A DNA stretch of 64,000 nucleotides from Coleofasciculus sp. B1-GNL1-01 (GTDB taxonomy: Bacteria > Cyanobacteriota > Cyanobacteriia > Cyanobacteriales > Coleofasciculaceae): NCBI GenBank assembly GCA_040220235.1, contig JAVJTO010000077.1. One strand, given 5' to 3'. Under the pieces are notes generated by a model that worked only from the letters and a program-made list of their open reading frames with translations, was not told the origin of the DNA and made no database searches. Positions 20,985 through 31,393 of the stretch are shown in pieces. How positions within the stretch are numbered: the first letter of the stretch is position 1; each line of letters opens with the position of its first letter. Position numbers and translations under genes: made by a program.

Positions 20985-21616
20985 TGAAAGACGACTGAAA
21001 GATTGTTCGCAGGCATCGGGTAGATTTGATCCAAGGCTAGATGCTGATCTTGGGCGATTGCCACAATATCCTCAAGGTCACGCACACCCCAGTCTGGATT
21101 GGACGCCTTCAACGAGGCATCAAAGGCAGCATTACTGGCAGCAGTATGCTGTCCATTGCGCTTGAATGGACCATATAAATAGAGAACGCCTCCTGGAGGA
21201 AGCAGACGACTTGCCCCGGCTATCAGTCCCAAGCACGCTGACCAGGGGGCAATGTGAATCAAATTAATGCTGACGATCGCCTTCAACGGTGAGGTTTCCC
21301 AATCAACAGGTGACTCCTTCTCTACAGACCAACTCGGTGTCTGCACATCAATATCTAAGGGTGGGTAAAGATTATCAGCAGGTTCGTAAGCAGACCAGTC
21401 TGCAATACTGGCACGCATGAGAGGATTGGCATCAGAAGGTAACCATTGACGTGGCTTTAGACGTGGGGCAAAGAAAACAGCATGTTCCCCTGTGCCACTA
21501 GCAACTTCTAAAACTGTACCTTTTGCAGGCAGTACGCGACGTAGAATCTCAAGAATCGGTTCGCGGTTGCGTTGAGTCGCAGGTGCATATTGCCGTGCAT
21601 CGTCCGTTGTACTCAT
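20975..21616 (-). CDS. DUF938-family SAM-dependent methyltransferase
   Basis: APATQRNREPIL, LEVASGTGEH, YGPF and MPANN motifs. Confidence 0.9.
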   Translation of the reverse strand: MSTTDDARQYAPATQRNREPILEILRRVLPAKGTVLEVASGTGEHAVFFAPRLKPRQWLPSDANPLMRASIADWSAYEPADNLYPPLDIDVQTPSWSVEKESPVDWETSPLKAIVSINLIHIAPWSACLGLIAGASRLLPPGGVLYLYGPFKRNGQHTAASNAAFDASLKASNPDWGVRDLEDIVAIAQDQHLALDQIYPMPANNLSVVFHHS

Positions 21617-22374
21617 AATTTCTGCTTATCGATTAGACTTACCTAATTTCTATTACTTGCCCCGTTCCTCATTTCTTTCATGAGCAGTGGAGGAGTACGC
21701 ATGAGTAAGGCTGAACAGGGATCATTGTAGGTGAGGTTTGCTGTGATCAGCCAAAGGTTGCCGGAGAAATTGGCTGGGGGTGCATCGCGAATGTAGTCTT
21801 TATAATAGTTAGTTTATAAGCATCTGGGTCTTTGGCGGCTAGAAATTTATTGTTTTATCAGTTAAAATAATATATGACTAAGAATAGCTAAGGGTAAACG
21901 CAGCAAGAGTCAATCTACCAAACGCTGACCGATACAAACGGTACAACGTCAGCTTGAGGGATAAACTTCAAGCCTAGCTAAAAAGAGCTTGTTAATCACT
22001 TGCTCAACCATAGAACCCCTTGCTCAAAACACTATACCTGCTCTTCTGTGACCCCTTATACTCTAGCAGCTTACCCTGTTTAAAGTTGTAGGAACGCCAA
22101 TTTTATGTCAAGCCGAGTGACTAGACTGACAAACTATAAGGATTGAGTTAAGCCAAGAGAACAATGTTTGACTTGATTCTGTAGATGTTGCCATTGGGTA
22201 GCGTCCAATCAAACAACATATTTCTTTGTTCCCGTTAAAAATTTTATAGCAATCGATTTTAAAATGCTGCAACCGGAATAAGCGGCTAGATTCCGGACTA
22301 ACTCGGTATTGGGGTGCTGTGATCTACCGATTGGTACGCTATCCGAACTCAAGCCCCCTTATCTAAGATTTGTG

Positions 22375-22818
22375 ATGAAAACGATTAAACCCACTAACTC
22401 GGAAACATCAACCTTTCAAAACAACGCCATCCAACCCCGTCTAATTCTTCAAGCCATTGCCTTTACTCTGATTTTGTCCTTTAGTGCGGGTCATCTATCA
22501 CCCAAGAATAAAGGGATGACGAATCAGTCTCCTCAGGCGAATCCTCAGCTATCTACGGCAATTGGTCATATTGTTTTGCAACATGCCTCCGAGCATACAC
22601 GAGTGCCTTCCTCGAAACTCGACCTAGTTGATGTGCAACCCCATACCTGGTCTGATAATTGTCTAGAATTGGCTGAAGCAGAAGCCTCTTGTCAGCAGAT
22701 ACCTGTATCTGGATGGCAAGTGGCTGTTGCCAAGGGGCAACACCGCTGGATCTATCGCACAGATGCTTCTGGTTCCGTGGTTAAATTAGAAAGCAGTAAC
22801 GTTGATTCTAGTAAGTAG
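22375..22818 (+). CDS. Hypothetical exported protein
   Basis: TM segment followed by a TWSDNCL..CQQ..VSGWQV..WIYRTD module. ATG at 22375 chosen as start. Confidence 0.7.
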   Translation: MKTIKPTNSETSTFQNNAIQPRLILQAIAFTLILSFSAGHLSPKNKGMTNQSPQANPQLSTAIGHIVLQHASEHTRVPSSKLDLVDVQPHTWSDNCLELAEAEASCQQIPVSGWQVAVAKGQHRWIYRTDASGSVVKLESSNVDSSK

Positions 22819-22949
22819 GTTAGCACGATTGTGGGATCGTCAGCGTATACAAAGGATGAATGACGTAGCTTGCTTCTTGCTATCGCGAGTATGACGAATG
22901 ACGATCCCCACCGTTAACTTTAATTGTCCCCACCTACTTAAAGCCCTTT

Positions 22950-24830
22950 CTAATCCGAGACGTCCCAATCCGCTGAAATTTCCGGCGATCGCGCAGGTAG
23001 GGGAAAGAGTGCCTGAAACGCTGCCTGACGCTGGGGTGAGGATTCGGGCGCGTTGTCCCACAGGGTTTCGTAGAAAAAGAATGACACCCCAGCAAATCCT
23101 CGCTGACGCACAGCTTCGACTTGCTTTTGAATTTGTGATAACGAAATCGGCTTATTTTTTAATCCGGCTAAAATCCCGATCCCCACAGGGATATGACGCC
23201 GCGCCGCCTGGACTTCCGGCTGTTCGAGTTCTGCAATAAACCGATCAAAGTCATTCCGATAAATCTGGACGATCAACTCTTCAACCAAACCACGACGTTC
23301 CCAGGTATACCAATCGGCGAGATAGAATTCATAGGAAAAATCTTGAGGATTGGGAGACAGGGAGATAATCACATCCGACTTTTGCGCTTTAATCGCTCGG
23401 AAAAGTTGGGTTAAGTAGTCGGTAATTTTGTTCGCCCGCCATCGTACCCACTCTGGGTTTTTGGGATCACGAGGAGGAGATTGACCTTGATGCTCTTGTT
23501 GATAGAGCTTAACGGTCAAGGGATCATAACCAAACTCAAAGGGCAAGCCGAAATGATCGTCGAATTGAATCCCATCAACATCATAGTTGTTGACTAACTC
23601 AACCACTAAATCCTGGATAAACTGCTGCACTTCCGGGTTAAAGGGATTCAGCCAAACGCGATCGTGACTTCCTTCTTGTTTAATCTTCCCACCTTGGCGA
23701 TTTTGCGTCAGCCAATCGGGGTGACGTTGGGCTAACTCCGAGTCAGCGGGTGCCATAAATCCAAATTCAAACCAGGGAATCACCCTCATATCCTTTTGAT
23801 GGGCTTGTTGGATGATTTCCTTGAGCATATCTCGTCCTTGGGTTCCCTGATTGGGATCAAGGGATTCATCTAACGGAGTCACTAGCCTTACCGCCCGCCC
23901 AATTTCCCGTTCAGCCACTTGACTAGGGTAGAGGGTATAGCCCCAATTCCAAACGGTGGGATAGACGGTGTTGAAGTTGAGTTGATCCAGGCGTTGAATG
24001 GCGTTGGTAATGCCTTGAGTGGAAAATAAGACTTGGCTATCAATATTCGTCAGCCACACCCCACGTAACTCAGCTTGAGCCGAATTAGGAACTTGAGTCT
24101 CGACTTTAGCAATGTACTGGGAGGGGATCAACTCAGCGGTTTGAGTCGCTTGGCACAAAAAAGCGGCAATTTCAGCCCGACTCGCATTTTGGTTCGGGTT
24201 AAAGGTTTGCACACTGGGATAATTAACTACAAGCTGGTTTTCTACAGCGGTTGCGATCGCGCCTTGGGAATAATTGGGAATCGTGCTAGCATCTTCAAAT
24301 GCTGATGTCAAGGTTTCAACAGCAGGTTGCTGGGGAACATACTTCAACCCACTGGCTAAAGAGACTAAGGCTTGCACACGGGGGATCGGTTGATTGGGTT
24401 GGAATAGTCCACCCGGATAACCCGCTAAAAATCCGGTTTGATAGGCTTGGTGAATCGCTTGACTTGCCCAGTGTCGAGTTGGCACATCGGCAAATTTTCC
24501 GCCCGTGCGTATCTCTGGCGCATCCGGAAAGGCTTTACCTAGCATGGCGGCAAATTCAGCCCTAGTTACAGGGGCATTGGGTTGAAAACGATTATCTGGA
24601 TAACCACGAATAATCTGCTGCTGGGCTAACTGTTCAATGCACGATTGCGCCCAATTTCCTTGGATATCACTCAGCCGCGTTTGAGCGTAAGCTAGGGTTG
24701 GCAGCCATAAGGCTAAGCACAAACCCAACATAAACAGAAACATTAACCAAGCCTGATGCCCACAAGCACGGCTAAAAGCAACTAGCCCATCGGCAAAGGC
24801 TGTAAATAAGGTTTTGACCAACTGTTTCAT
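22950..24830 (-). CDS. SLH-domain glycoside hydrolase (DUF187/GHL10-like)
   Basis: Three SLH repeats (GYPD..F.P...TRAE), then ELRGVW, PWFEFG and DGIQFDD motifs. Confidence 0.9.
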   Translation of the reverse strand: MKQLVKTLFTAFADGLVAFSRACGHQAWLMFLFMLGLCLALWLPTLAYAQTRLSDIQGNWAQSCIEQLAQQQIIRGYPDNRFQPNAPVTRAEFAAMLGKAFPDAPEIRTGGKFADVPTRHWASQAIHQAYQTGFLAGYPGGLFQPNQPIPRVQALVSLASGLKYVPQQPAVETLTSAFEDASTIPNYSQGAIATAVENQLVVNYPSVQTFNPNQNASRAEIAAFLCQATQTAELIPSQYIAKVETQVPNSAQAELRGVWLTNIDSQVLFSTQGITNAIQRLDQLNFNTVYPTVWNWGYTLYPSQVAEREIGRAVRLVTPLDESLDPNQGTQGRDMLKEIIQQAHQKDMRVIPWFEFGFMAPADSELAQRHPDWLTQNRQGGKIKQEGSHDRVWLNPFNPEVQQFIQDLVVELVNNYDVDGIQFDDHFGLPFEFGYDPLTVKLYQQEHQGQSPPRDPKNPEWVRWRANKITDYLTQLFRAIKAQKSDVIISLSPNPQDFSYEFYLADWYTWERRGLVEELIVQIYRNDFDRFIAELEQPEVQAARRHIPVGIGILAGLKNKPISLSQIQKQVEAVRQRGFAGVSFFFYETLWDNAPESSPQRQAAFQALFPLPARSPEISADWDVSD

Positions 24831-25450
24831 AAAAGGAGCAAATCTAGAGATATCACTATTGACGGGCTACACACCTTCCTGATCAGGAATGACTGGCTGA
24901 GTTAGGCAAAGGTTGCCAAAGCGACTTATTGCCATTGGCTGTCGGATCAAGACTGGGGGAGTCGTTTTGAGTTTTGTGGCTCTGACTGATTTGGAACGTT
25001 GCTCCGAGACTTTTTGTATTTTTGGCTACAAACATTTCTGTATTGTCGGTCAATGACATGGCGAATTGGCATAATATTTAAAGTTTTTCAACATTTTCCG
25101 GCTGGGGTACTCCCAAGACTTACCCAAAAATTTCACATTTAAGGTGTATTTTGTGAGTAATACTGTCTTTATGTCAGGAATCTTAGCCGATCTCCCCCAT
25201 TTCCTCATGATTGCCCCAGCAGGTTTTGGGATAAATAACCTTAAACGGCTGAACTCATCTCCATCGGCTAGGTTAACAAAACTTGGCGTTAAATGAGTGG
25301 AAAGGTTCAGGATGACAAGACGGGGAAACAAGAGGGAGCAGGAGGGTTCCAGGTGCGGGAGAACTGGGGAGATTAGCTGGTCAGCTATTTAGAGCCATGC
25401 TGCACTAGAACCGTCCGCCCTAGCTCAGAAAATCTGAACTGGATAAAAAT

Positions 25451-25468
25451 GTTAAGTTTTATTACAAT
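25451..25468 (+). promoter_or_regulatory. HLR1-like direct repeat (possible RpaB site)
   Basis: GTTAAGTT-tt-ATTACAAT with 10-nt period, upstream of ORF 25650. Confidence 0.3.
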
Positions 25469-25649
25469 GGAACGAATTGGGAGACCGACACATTGTTGTC
25501 CTATATCGGTTCATACGCACTCATCCCCTAAGATTTATTAGAAATTAGGAAGTTGGATTAATTTTTTATTTAAAAATACAAATAATTACGAGGGAAAACT
25601 TAGATAGAATCCAAGCATTCAAATTAGGAAAAACTGTCAGCATCTTCCT

Positions 25650-26162
25650 ATGACTAATATAGAAGCACAAGCTTTCAACGCAAATAACGAACAATCCCTG
25701 AGAAAGCTTGCCAGAGCAATCATTATGTCCCAAGGTCATTTTGCCCTGATTTTGGTGTGCAGCAAGTTTTCACCCCAACCCCTATCCGTATTAAACCAGT
25801 TACAAGAATTCTCTGCACTTCCTATCCAGGGTGTGATGCTGCCTCCCTCCGTGGATACTCTGTTTACGGCAATACGCACAGCCGTGGATGAACCACCACC
25901 TCCGGCTGTCGTTGTCTTTGGTCTTGATTCGGTGGTTGCTGTTGATCAAGTTTTGAGTGCAACTAATCTGGTGCGTGAAGAGTTTCGCAAACAGTTTCCT
26001 TTTCCACTTGTTTTGTGGATCGACGATACAATCTTGCAAAAGATGATTCGACTAGCCCCTGATTTTAAAAGTTGGGCAGCGAATCCCCTGCGGTTGGAAT
26101 GTTGTTGTCACCATAGGGCTTTTCAGCAAACTTACAAGATGGCTTGCGTTCATGGAAGATAA
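25650..26162 (+). CDS. Stand-alone domain resembling the N-terminal degenerate ATPase module of large cyanobacterial TPR/WD40 proteins
   Basis: LARAI..SQG.FALIL, N.VREEFR..FPFPLVLW and RLAPDF.SW motifs. Confidence 0.65.
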   Translation: MTNIEAQAFNANNEQSLRKLARAIIMSQGHFALILVCSKFSPQPLSVLNQLQEFSALPIQGVMLPPSVDTLFTAIRTAVDEPPPPAVVVFGLDSVVAVDQVLSATNLVREEFRKQFPFPLVLWIDDTILQKMIRLAPDFKSWAANPLRLECCCHHRAFQQTYKMACVHGR

Positions 26163-26235
26163 CAAATAAACACAGAATGTGATAGAGTTATAGGTGGCTG
26201 ACTAACTATCAAGATTATTCTGAAAATCTGGTTCA

Positions 26236-26625
26236 TTATTTAAAATTCCACGCTGCGATCGCTAAACATCCCCATCCCAGGATCAAGGCGACTCCCCCCA
26301 GTGGAGTAATAGCACCCAGCCATTTAATACCGCTTAAACTCAGGGCGTATAGACTGCCGGAAAAGATAGCGATGCCCACAATAAAAGCGATTCCAGCGGC
26401 GATGAGGGGAGATGAGGGAGTTTCAGCGCGAGAAAGCAGCAATGCCACAATGAGCAACGCTAGGGAATGATAAATTTGATAACGACTACCCGTTTCAAAA
26501 ATGTCTAAAGCCCGTTCACTTAGTTTTTCTCTCAACCCATGAGAAGCAAAAGCTCCAGCGGCGACAGATAAACCGCCGAACAGGGCAGCAACACCTAAAA
26601 AAATCCGAGTTATCGTTAATTTCAT
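26236..26625 (-). CDS. DUF423 membrane protein
   Basis: GAFASH, YQIYH, FSGSLY and GAITPLGG motifs. Confidence 0.92.
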   Translation of the reverse strand: MKLTITRIFLGVAALFGGLSVAAGAFASHGLREKLSERALDIFETGSRYQIYHSLALLIVALLLSRAETPSSPLIAAGIAFIVGIAIFSGSLYALSLSGIKWLGAITPLGGVALILGWGCLAIAAWNFK

Positions 26626-26766
26626 ATTAGGATTTTTATTAATTTCTTAGAGACGTTCCGCCGGAACGTCTCTACTGCTTTTGACGGCTAGGGTTACAAA
26701 GGGACGCTAATCGTGCAGCGTGGTGGAAATAACTCACCCATTAACCAGAGACTCAATAAAAGCAGA

Positions 26767-26869
26767 TAAGCTGTCATGCATTTAAATTGGGTATTAGTAG
26801 CGAGCAAGATGCTCGCACTACAAGGATTGCGCCATTATTGATATTAAGGTTTAAATGCCGAACAGCTTA
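26767..26869. mobile_element. MITE family 2, copy B (inverted)
   Basis: Near-identical reverse complement of 5579-5681 and the same 103-bp length. Confidence 0.85.
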
Positions 26870-26908
26870 CCTAAACAAGTGCAGTCATCTGCCTTCTTGT
26901 ACGAGTCT

Positions 26909-27463
26909 CTAAGCGCCTTCTACCGCAAGTTGCTTGGGTAAATAACCCAATTCTTCCAATTTTTGTAGCACTTTTGTGACACTCTCCGATAACTCTTCCT
27001 GATCAGTGCGGCATTCCACTTCGGGGTTGAGTGGTGGTTCGTAAGGATCATCAATTCCGGTAAACCCAAGAATTTCTCCAGCGCGGGCGCGTTTATATAA
27101 TCCCTTGACATCTCGTTCTTCACAGGTTGCCAGGGGAGCATTAACATAAACTTCTAGAAAATCACCAACTTTTTGGCGTACCTCTTCTCGAATTGCCCGG
27201 TAGGGCGAGATAGCCGATACCAAAACGATTACACCATTGCGGGTCAGTAGGTGAGACACAAAACCAATGCGACGGATATTTTCGTCGCGGTCTTCTTTGC
27301 TAAAGCCCAAGCCTTTGGTGAGATTCTGACGAACAATGTCGCCGTCTAAGACTTCTAGCTTACACTCCTTCTCTTGCAAGGTTTTGGCTAATGCTTGGGT
27401 AATGGTGGTTTTACCCGCACCACTTAGACCCGTGAACCATATCGTTACACCGCGCTGATTCAT
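26909..27463 (-). CDS. cysC: Adenylyl-sulfate kinase
   Basis: WFTGLSGAGKTT, LDGD, RDVKGLY and FTGIDDPYE motifs. Confidence 0.97.
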   Translation of the reverse strand: MNQRGVTIWFTGLSGAGKTTITQALAKTLQEKECKLEVLDGDIVRQNLTKGLGFSKEDRDENIRRIGFVSHLLTRNGVIVLVSAISPYRAIREEVRQKVGDFLEVYVNAPLATCEERDVKGLYKRARAGEILGFTGIDDPYEPPLNPEVECRTDQEELSESVTKVLQKLEELGYLPKQLAVEGA

Positions 27464-27689
27464 GATTATTTCTGTCGCTATCCTAAAGCCTACTGTAAGT
27501 ACAATTTATCCTGTTTTCTCAGGTGAAACACTCATCGTCAAACGTCTGTTTTCTGGAATAACAGCTTGTTTGATGATCAGACCTAGATTTTAACCTGAGT
27601 CAAGGAATTGACAATAGTTTAACTCTATTGTTCCAAGAACCCAACCTAAAAAGGTGACATGCTCCCCAACCGAAAACGTTTTGAGTAAC

Positions 27690-28730
27690 TTACAATCGAG
27701 AGGCGCATATTGCTGCACCAATTAGCCCAACCTGGGGATTCATCACAATATGAACTGGAACGTTTTCCAGCAGGGGACTGACCCGACCTTTTTCCGTAAA
27801 GGTTCGCAAGAAACTACCATCCTGCATCAAGGGCAAAATCTTAGCCGCAATCCCGCCAGCAATATATAGCCCACCGTAGGGTAAGAGTTTGAGTGCTAGA
27901 TTCCCCGCTTCTGCACCGTAAGCTTCCACAAACATTTTCAAGGTCTGTTCACTGAGATGGTCGCTCTTTTGCAACGCTGCTTTAGAAATCTCCGCCGCCG
28001 GATCAACGCTTTTTTCACTGCGTCCCATTTCCCGTTCCCAGGTTCTAACGACTTGGGCAATATCTGGAGATTCGTGGGCAAATTGCCGATCGCGCAAAAA
28101 CTGGTAAACGGCGACAATTCCTTGACCGGAAACGACTCGTTCAGCGGAAATGCGCTGAATATCGTACTTCTCGCGTAAATATTGTAAAAGTTGGAACTCC
28201 AGTTCAGTGCGGGGGGCAAAATCCGCATGTCCGCCTTCGGACGCGAAAACCTGATACCTGTCCTGGTTCTGAATCAGAAATCCTTGTCCTAACCCTGTAC
28301 CCGCACCGAGTACCGCAATTGGCGCATCAGATTGGGGTGTAACCTGTTGCAGCGTACATAAATCATCCGCCTCTAAACCGAGAATCCCGTAGCCAACCGC
28401 CGCAAAATCATTGAGCAAAGTGATTTTCGCGATCGCGAGTTCTTCCTCTAAGCGTCTAGCGTCCAACACCCACGCCAAATTGGTCAAGTTAGAGGTATCG
28501 TTAACCACAGGACCTGCGATCGCAAAACAGGCTTTTTCAATGGTCAGTTTCTGCTGAAGCTTCTGTCCGGCTTCTGATAGAAACGTTTGGACGATCGGTA
28601 CTAAATCTGGGAAATCCCGGCTAGGATAACGGGCTTCATGGAGAACCGATAACGATTCCGAGTCTGAATCCTCCACCAGTCGCAAAATCGTTTTAGTCCC
28701 GCCGATATCTCCTGCCAGTATTAATGTCAT
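27690..28730 (-). CDS. glk: Glucokinase
   Basis: GDIGGT, LNDF, GAGTGLG and SEGGH motifs. Confidence 0.96.
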   Translation of the reverse strand: MTLILAGDIGGTKTILRLVEDSDSESLSVLHEARYPSRDFPDLVPIVQTFLSEAGQKLQQKLTIEKACFAIAGPVVNDTSNLTNLAWVLDARRLEEELAIAKITLLNDFAAVGYGILGLEADDLCTLQQVTPQSDAPIAVLGAGTGLGQGFLIQNQDRYQVFASEGGHADFAPRTELEFQLLQYLREKYDIQRISAERVVSGQGIVAVYQFLRDRQFAHESPDIAQVVRTWEREMGRSEKSVDPAAEISKAALQKSDHLSEQTLKMFVEAYGAEAGNLALKLLPYGGLYIAGGIAAKILPLMQDGSFLRTFTEKGRVSPLLENVPVHIVMNPQVGLIGAAICASRL

Positions 28731-28743
28731 AGAATCTTATACT

Positions 28744-29382
28744 TTAATGAAATCGAATCACGTCTTCAGTTTGACTGAGGTGGGAAGTATCCCCGTTGAG
28801 TTCCATCACCCATTTTTCCTCATGACGCATGAGTTTAACTAAACAGCATAAAGCGGCGTTCACTTCGGGTTGACCCGGAATTAATCCCCAGGTCGCACCG
28901 ACGACTGAAGCACCATGACCTACTAATAAGATATCGTCTCCGAATTCTGTGGTCAGCAGGCGAGCTGTTTGAGCGGTGCGTTCTAGCACTTTCTCATTTG
29001 TTTCTGGATACTGAGGGATGACGCGGGAGGTATACCCCGAATCAATACAGGGAAAACGCTGTTGTAATTCCTCAACAGACAGTCGTTCTGGCTCTGTTCT
29101 CATCCATTCCGGATTCAGCCATTCACTCAAACCCGCCTCCATCTTAATGGGTAAGTCCAAAATCTGAGCAACTTGGTTCGCTGTTTGTACCGTTCGCAAA
29201 AACGGTGAGGCGAAAATATGCTTAATCGTCTCCCCCTTTAACCGTTCACCTAACTCCCGCGCTTGACCAACGCCATCGTCCGATAACGGGGGATCATAAG
29301 GACGTTCTGCTGTGTTAAACCAGTCAGGGTTAACAAAGTCGAGGCGATTTCCGTGTCGGGCAATCCAGAGGGTTTGAGTCAT
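28744..29382 (-). CDS. Histidine phosphatase (phosphoglycerate mutase family)
   Basis: RHG, SPFLRTVQTA and LLVGHG motifs. Confidence 0.92.
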   Translation of the reverse strand: MTQTLWIARHGNRLDFVNPDWFNTAERPYDPPLSDDGVGQARELGERLKGETIKHIFASPFLRTVQTANQVAQILDLPIKMEAGLSEWLNPEWMRTEPERLSVEELQQRFPCIDSGYTSRVIPQYPETNEKVLERTAQTARLLTTEFGDDILLVGHGASVVGATWGLIPGQPEVNAALCCLVKLMRHEEKWVMELNGDTSHLSQTEDVIRFH

Positions 29383-29523
29383 TCGTTTATGTCCTTCGTC
29401 ATTTGTCTTATGTCAGGGAACAGAGAACAGGGAACCGGGTAAGGTATAGTTTTGAGTTAACTCCCAACTTCCCCTGCTCCCCCTGCTCCCCCTGCTCCCC
29501 CTGCTCTATATGGACGGCTTTTG

Positions 29524-29551
29524 ATTAAGATATGTTACAATATTTAACGAA
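29524..29551 (+). promoter_or_regulatory. HLR1-like tandem half-sites upstream of the group-2 sigma factor
   Basis: ATTAAGAT-at-GTTACAAT-at-TTAACGAA with 10-nt period, similar to the RpaB HLR1 consensus. Confidence 0.5.
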
Positions 29552-29821
29552 GTGTTAGCTAGTGTTAGATATAACGTATGCAATAAGCAGAGGCAAAAAC
29601 AAATCAGATAGATAGTCAATTCTAAATCTGGGTTAGAGATGGGGGCTTTAACTCACCCAGTCATACACATTTCGAGTTTTCTAATCAATCCATTTTCCCC
29701 TATTGAAATAAAACTTAACATTTCTCTCATAGAGAATCGTTCACCCCAGCTTAAGGTGAACCCTCCTGAAAAGGAGCTTAGTTGCTTGAACTCCACTCAT
29801 AATATAGATATAGCGATCGCT

Positions 29822-30781
29822 ATGAAAACTGCTCAGACCTCTACAGACCTTGTCCGCACTTACCTCCAAGAAATTGGTCGTGTACCCCTGTTGACCCACG
29901 AGCAAGAGATATTATACGGAAAACAAGTCCAGCGTTTAAATGCCTTAGAGCAAACCAAAGAGTCGCTGTTTGAACAATTGGGTTACGAACCAACGCTGTG
30001 TGAGTGGGCAAAAGCCTCGTCCCTATCGGAAGCCGAGTTACAATCGTGCATCAGGGCGGGTCAAGTCGCTAAGCGCAAAATGGTAGAAGCCAATTTACGT
30101 CTGGTGGTTTCCGTCGCCAAGAAATATATCAAGCGTAATGTAGACTTGCTGGACTTGATTCAGGAAGGTACGATTGGCATGCAACGGGGCGTAGAAAAAT
30201 TTGACCCGACCAAAGGGTATCGTTTCTCTACCTACGCCTACTGGTGGATTCGTCAAGCGATTACCCGTGCGATCGCGGAAAAAGGACGAACGATTCGCTT
30301 ACCGATCCACATCACAGAAAAGCTGAACAAAATCAAAAAAGCCCAGCGCCAACTCTCCCAGAAGCTAGGGCGTGCTGCTACCATATCGGAATTGGCGACG
30401 GAATTAGACCTGACACCCAAGCAAGTCCGGGAGTACCTGGAGAAAGCACGTCAACCTCTATCGTTAGATCTGCGGGTCGGCGATAATCAAGATACGGAAT
30501 TAGGAGAACTGCTCGAAGATAGCGGACCTTCGCCAGAAGATTTTGCTACCTATTCAGCCATGCAAATCGATCTGGAGAAGTTAATGGCGGATTTAACCGA
30601 GCAGCAACGTGAAGTGCTAATGCTACGCTTTGGTCTAGTCGATGGTCAACCCATGACACTTGCCAAGATTGGCGATCAACTCAAAATCAGCCGGGAACGA
30701 GTCCGCCAAATTGAACGGGAAGCGCTGTCTAAGCTTCGCAAGCGCCAAGCCGACATGCGTGAATATATTGCAGTCAGTTAG
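29822..30781 (+). CDS. sigD: Group 2 RNA polymerase sigma factor (SigD-like)
   Basis: [44 protein letters not shown] and region 4 RERVRQIE. Start placed at MKTAQ rather than 29639. Confidence 0.8.
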   Translation: MKTAQTSTDLVRTYLQEIGRVPLLTHEQEILYGKQVQRLNALEQTKESLFEQLGYEPTLCEWAKASSLSEAELQSCIRAGQVAKRKMVEANLRLVVSVAKKYIKRNVDLLDLIQEGTIGMQRGVEKFDPTKGYRFSTYAYWWIRQAITRAIAEKGRTIRLPIHITEKLNKIKKAQRQLSQKLGRAATISELATELDLTPKQVREYLEKARQPLSLDLRVGDNQDTELGELLEDSGPSPEDFATYSAMQIDLEKLMADLTEQQREVLMLRFGLVDGQPMTLAKIGDQLKISRERVRQIEREALSKLRKRQADMREYIAVS

Positions 30782-30892
30782 TTGGTCTTATGAGACAACC
30801 TGATATTATGGGTTCGGTTCCGCCTACCTGATTATCAATTATCCCTTGTTAAGTTAGATGGAAGATATAGAGCTATTGCTCGGAGGTAAACG

Positions 30893-31234
30893 GTGAACAA
30901 CCAATCTGATCGTGTCCCAGAATTTTTTGAAGGCAATGGAGACAATAATCTTTTGTGGGAGTACGTACAATCGTTGAGTCCAGAAACCGTTTCCCATTTA
31001 TCCAAACCCACCTCGGCTGATGTGTTTCAGGTCATTGAACGTAATGTGATGGGATTGTTGGGTAATATTCCTTCAGACCATTTTGATGTCACTATTAATA
31101 CTAGCCGCGAGAATCTAGGACATTTGTTAGCCTCAGCAATGGTCAGTGGTTATTTCCTACGCAAAGCAGAACAACGCATGACATTTGAGAAATCGTTGCA
31201 AAAGACCGATTCCTCCGGCGCAGATGCTGGCTAG
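30893..31234 (+). CDS. DUF760 family protein
   Basis: N.LWEYVQSL.PE and ENLG.LLASAM.SGYFLR motifs, with a GGAGG SD. Confidence 0.88.
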   Translation: MNNQSDRVPEFFEGNGDNNLLWEYVQSLSPETVSHLSKPTSADVFQVIERNVMGLLGNIPSDHFDVTINTSRENLGHLLASAMVSGYFLRKAEQRMTFEKSLQKTDSSGADAG

Positions 31235-31346
31235 TGCAGCGGGCATAAAAATACTTGAGCAGCTTCGTAGATACGATGAAGCTGGGGAAGCTGGGGAAGC
31301 TGGGGGAGATATTAGCTGTTCAGCTATTTCTGCCTTCTTGCACTAG
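31231..31346. mobile_element. MITE family 5 (CTAG-bounded), copy A
   Basis: CTAGTGCA...TGCACTAG ends. Inverted homolog at 61784-61898. Confidence 0.75.
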
Positions 31347-31393
31347 AGTAAGAAGGCAGAAGAAAAGAAAGTCATCTACAGGACATAGGATAA

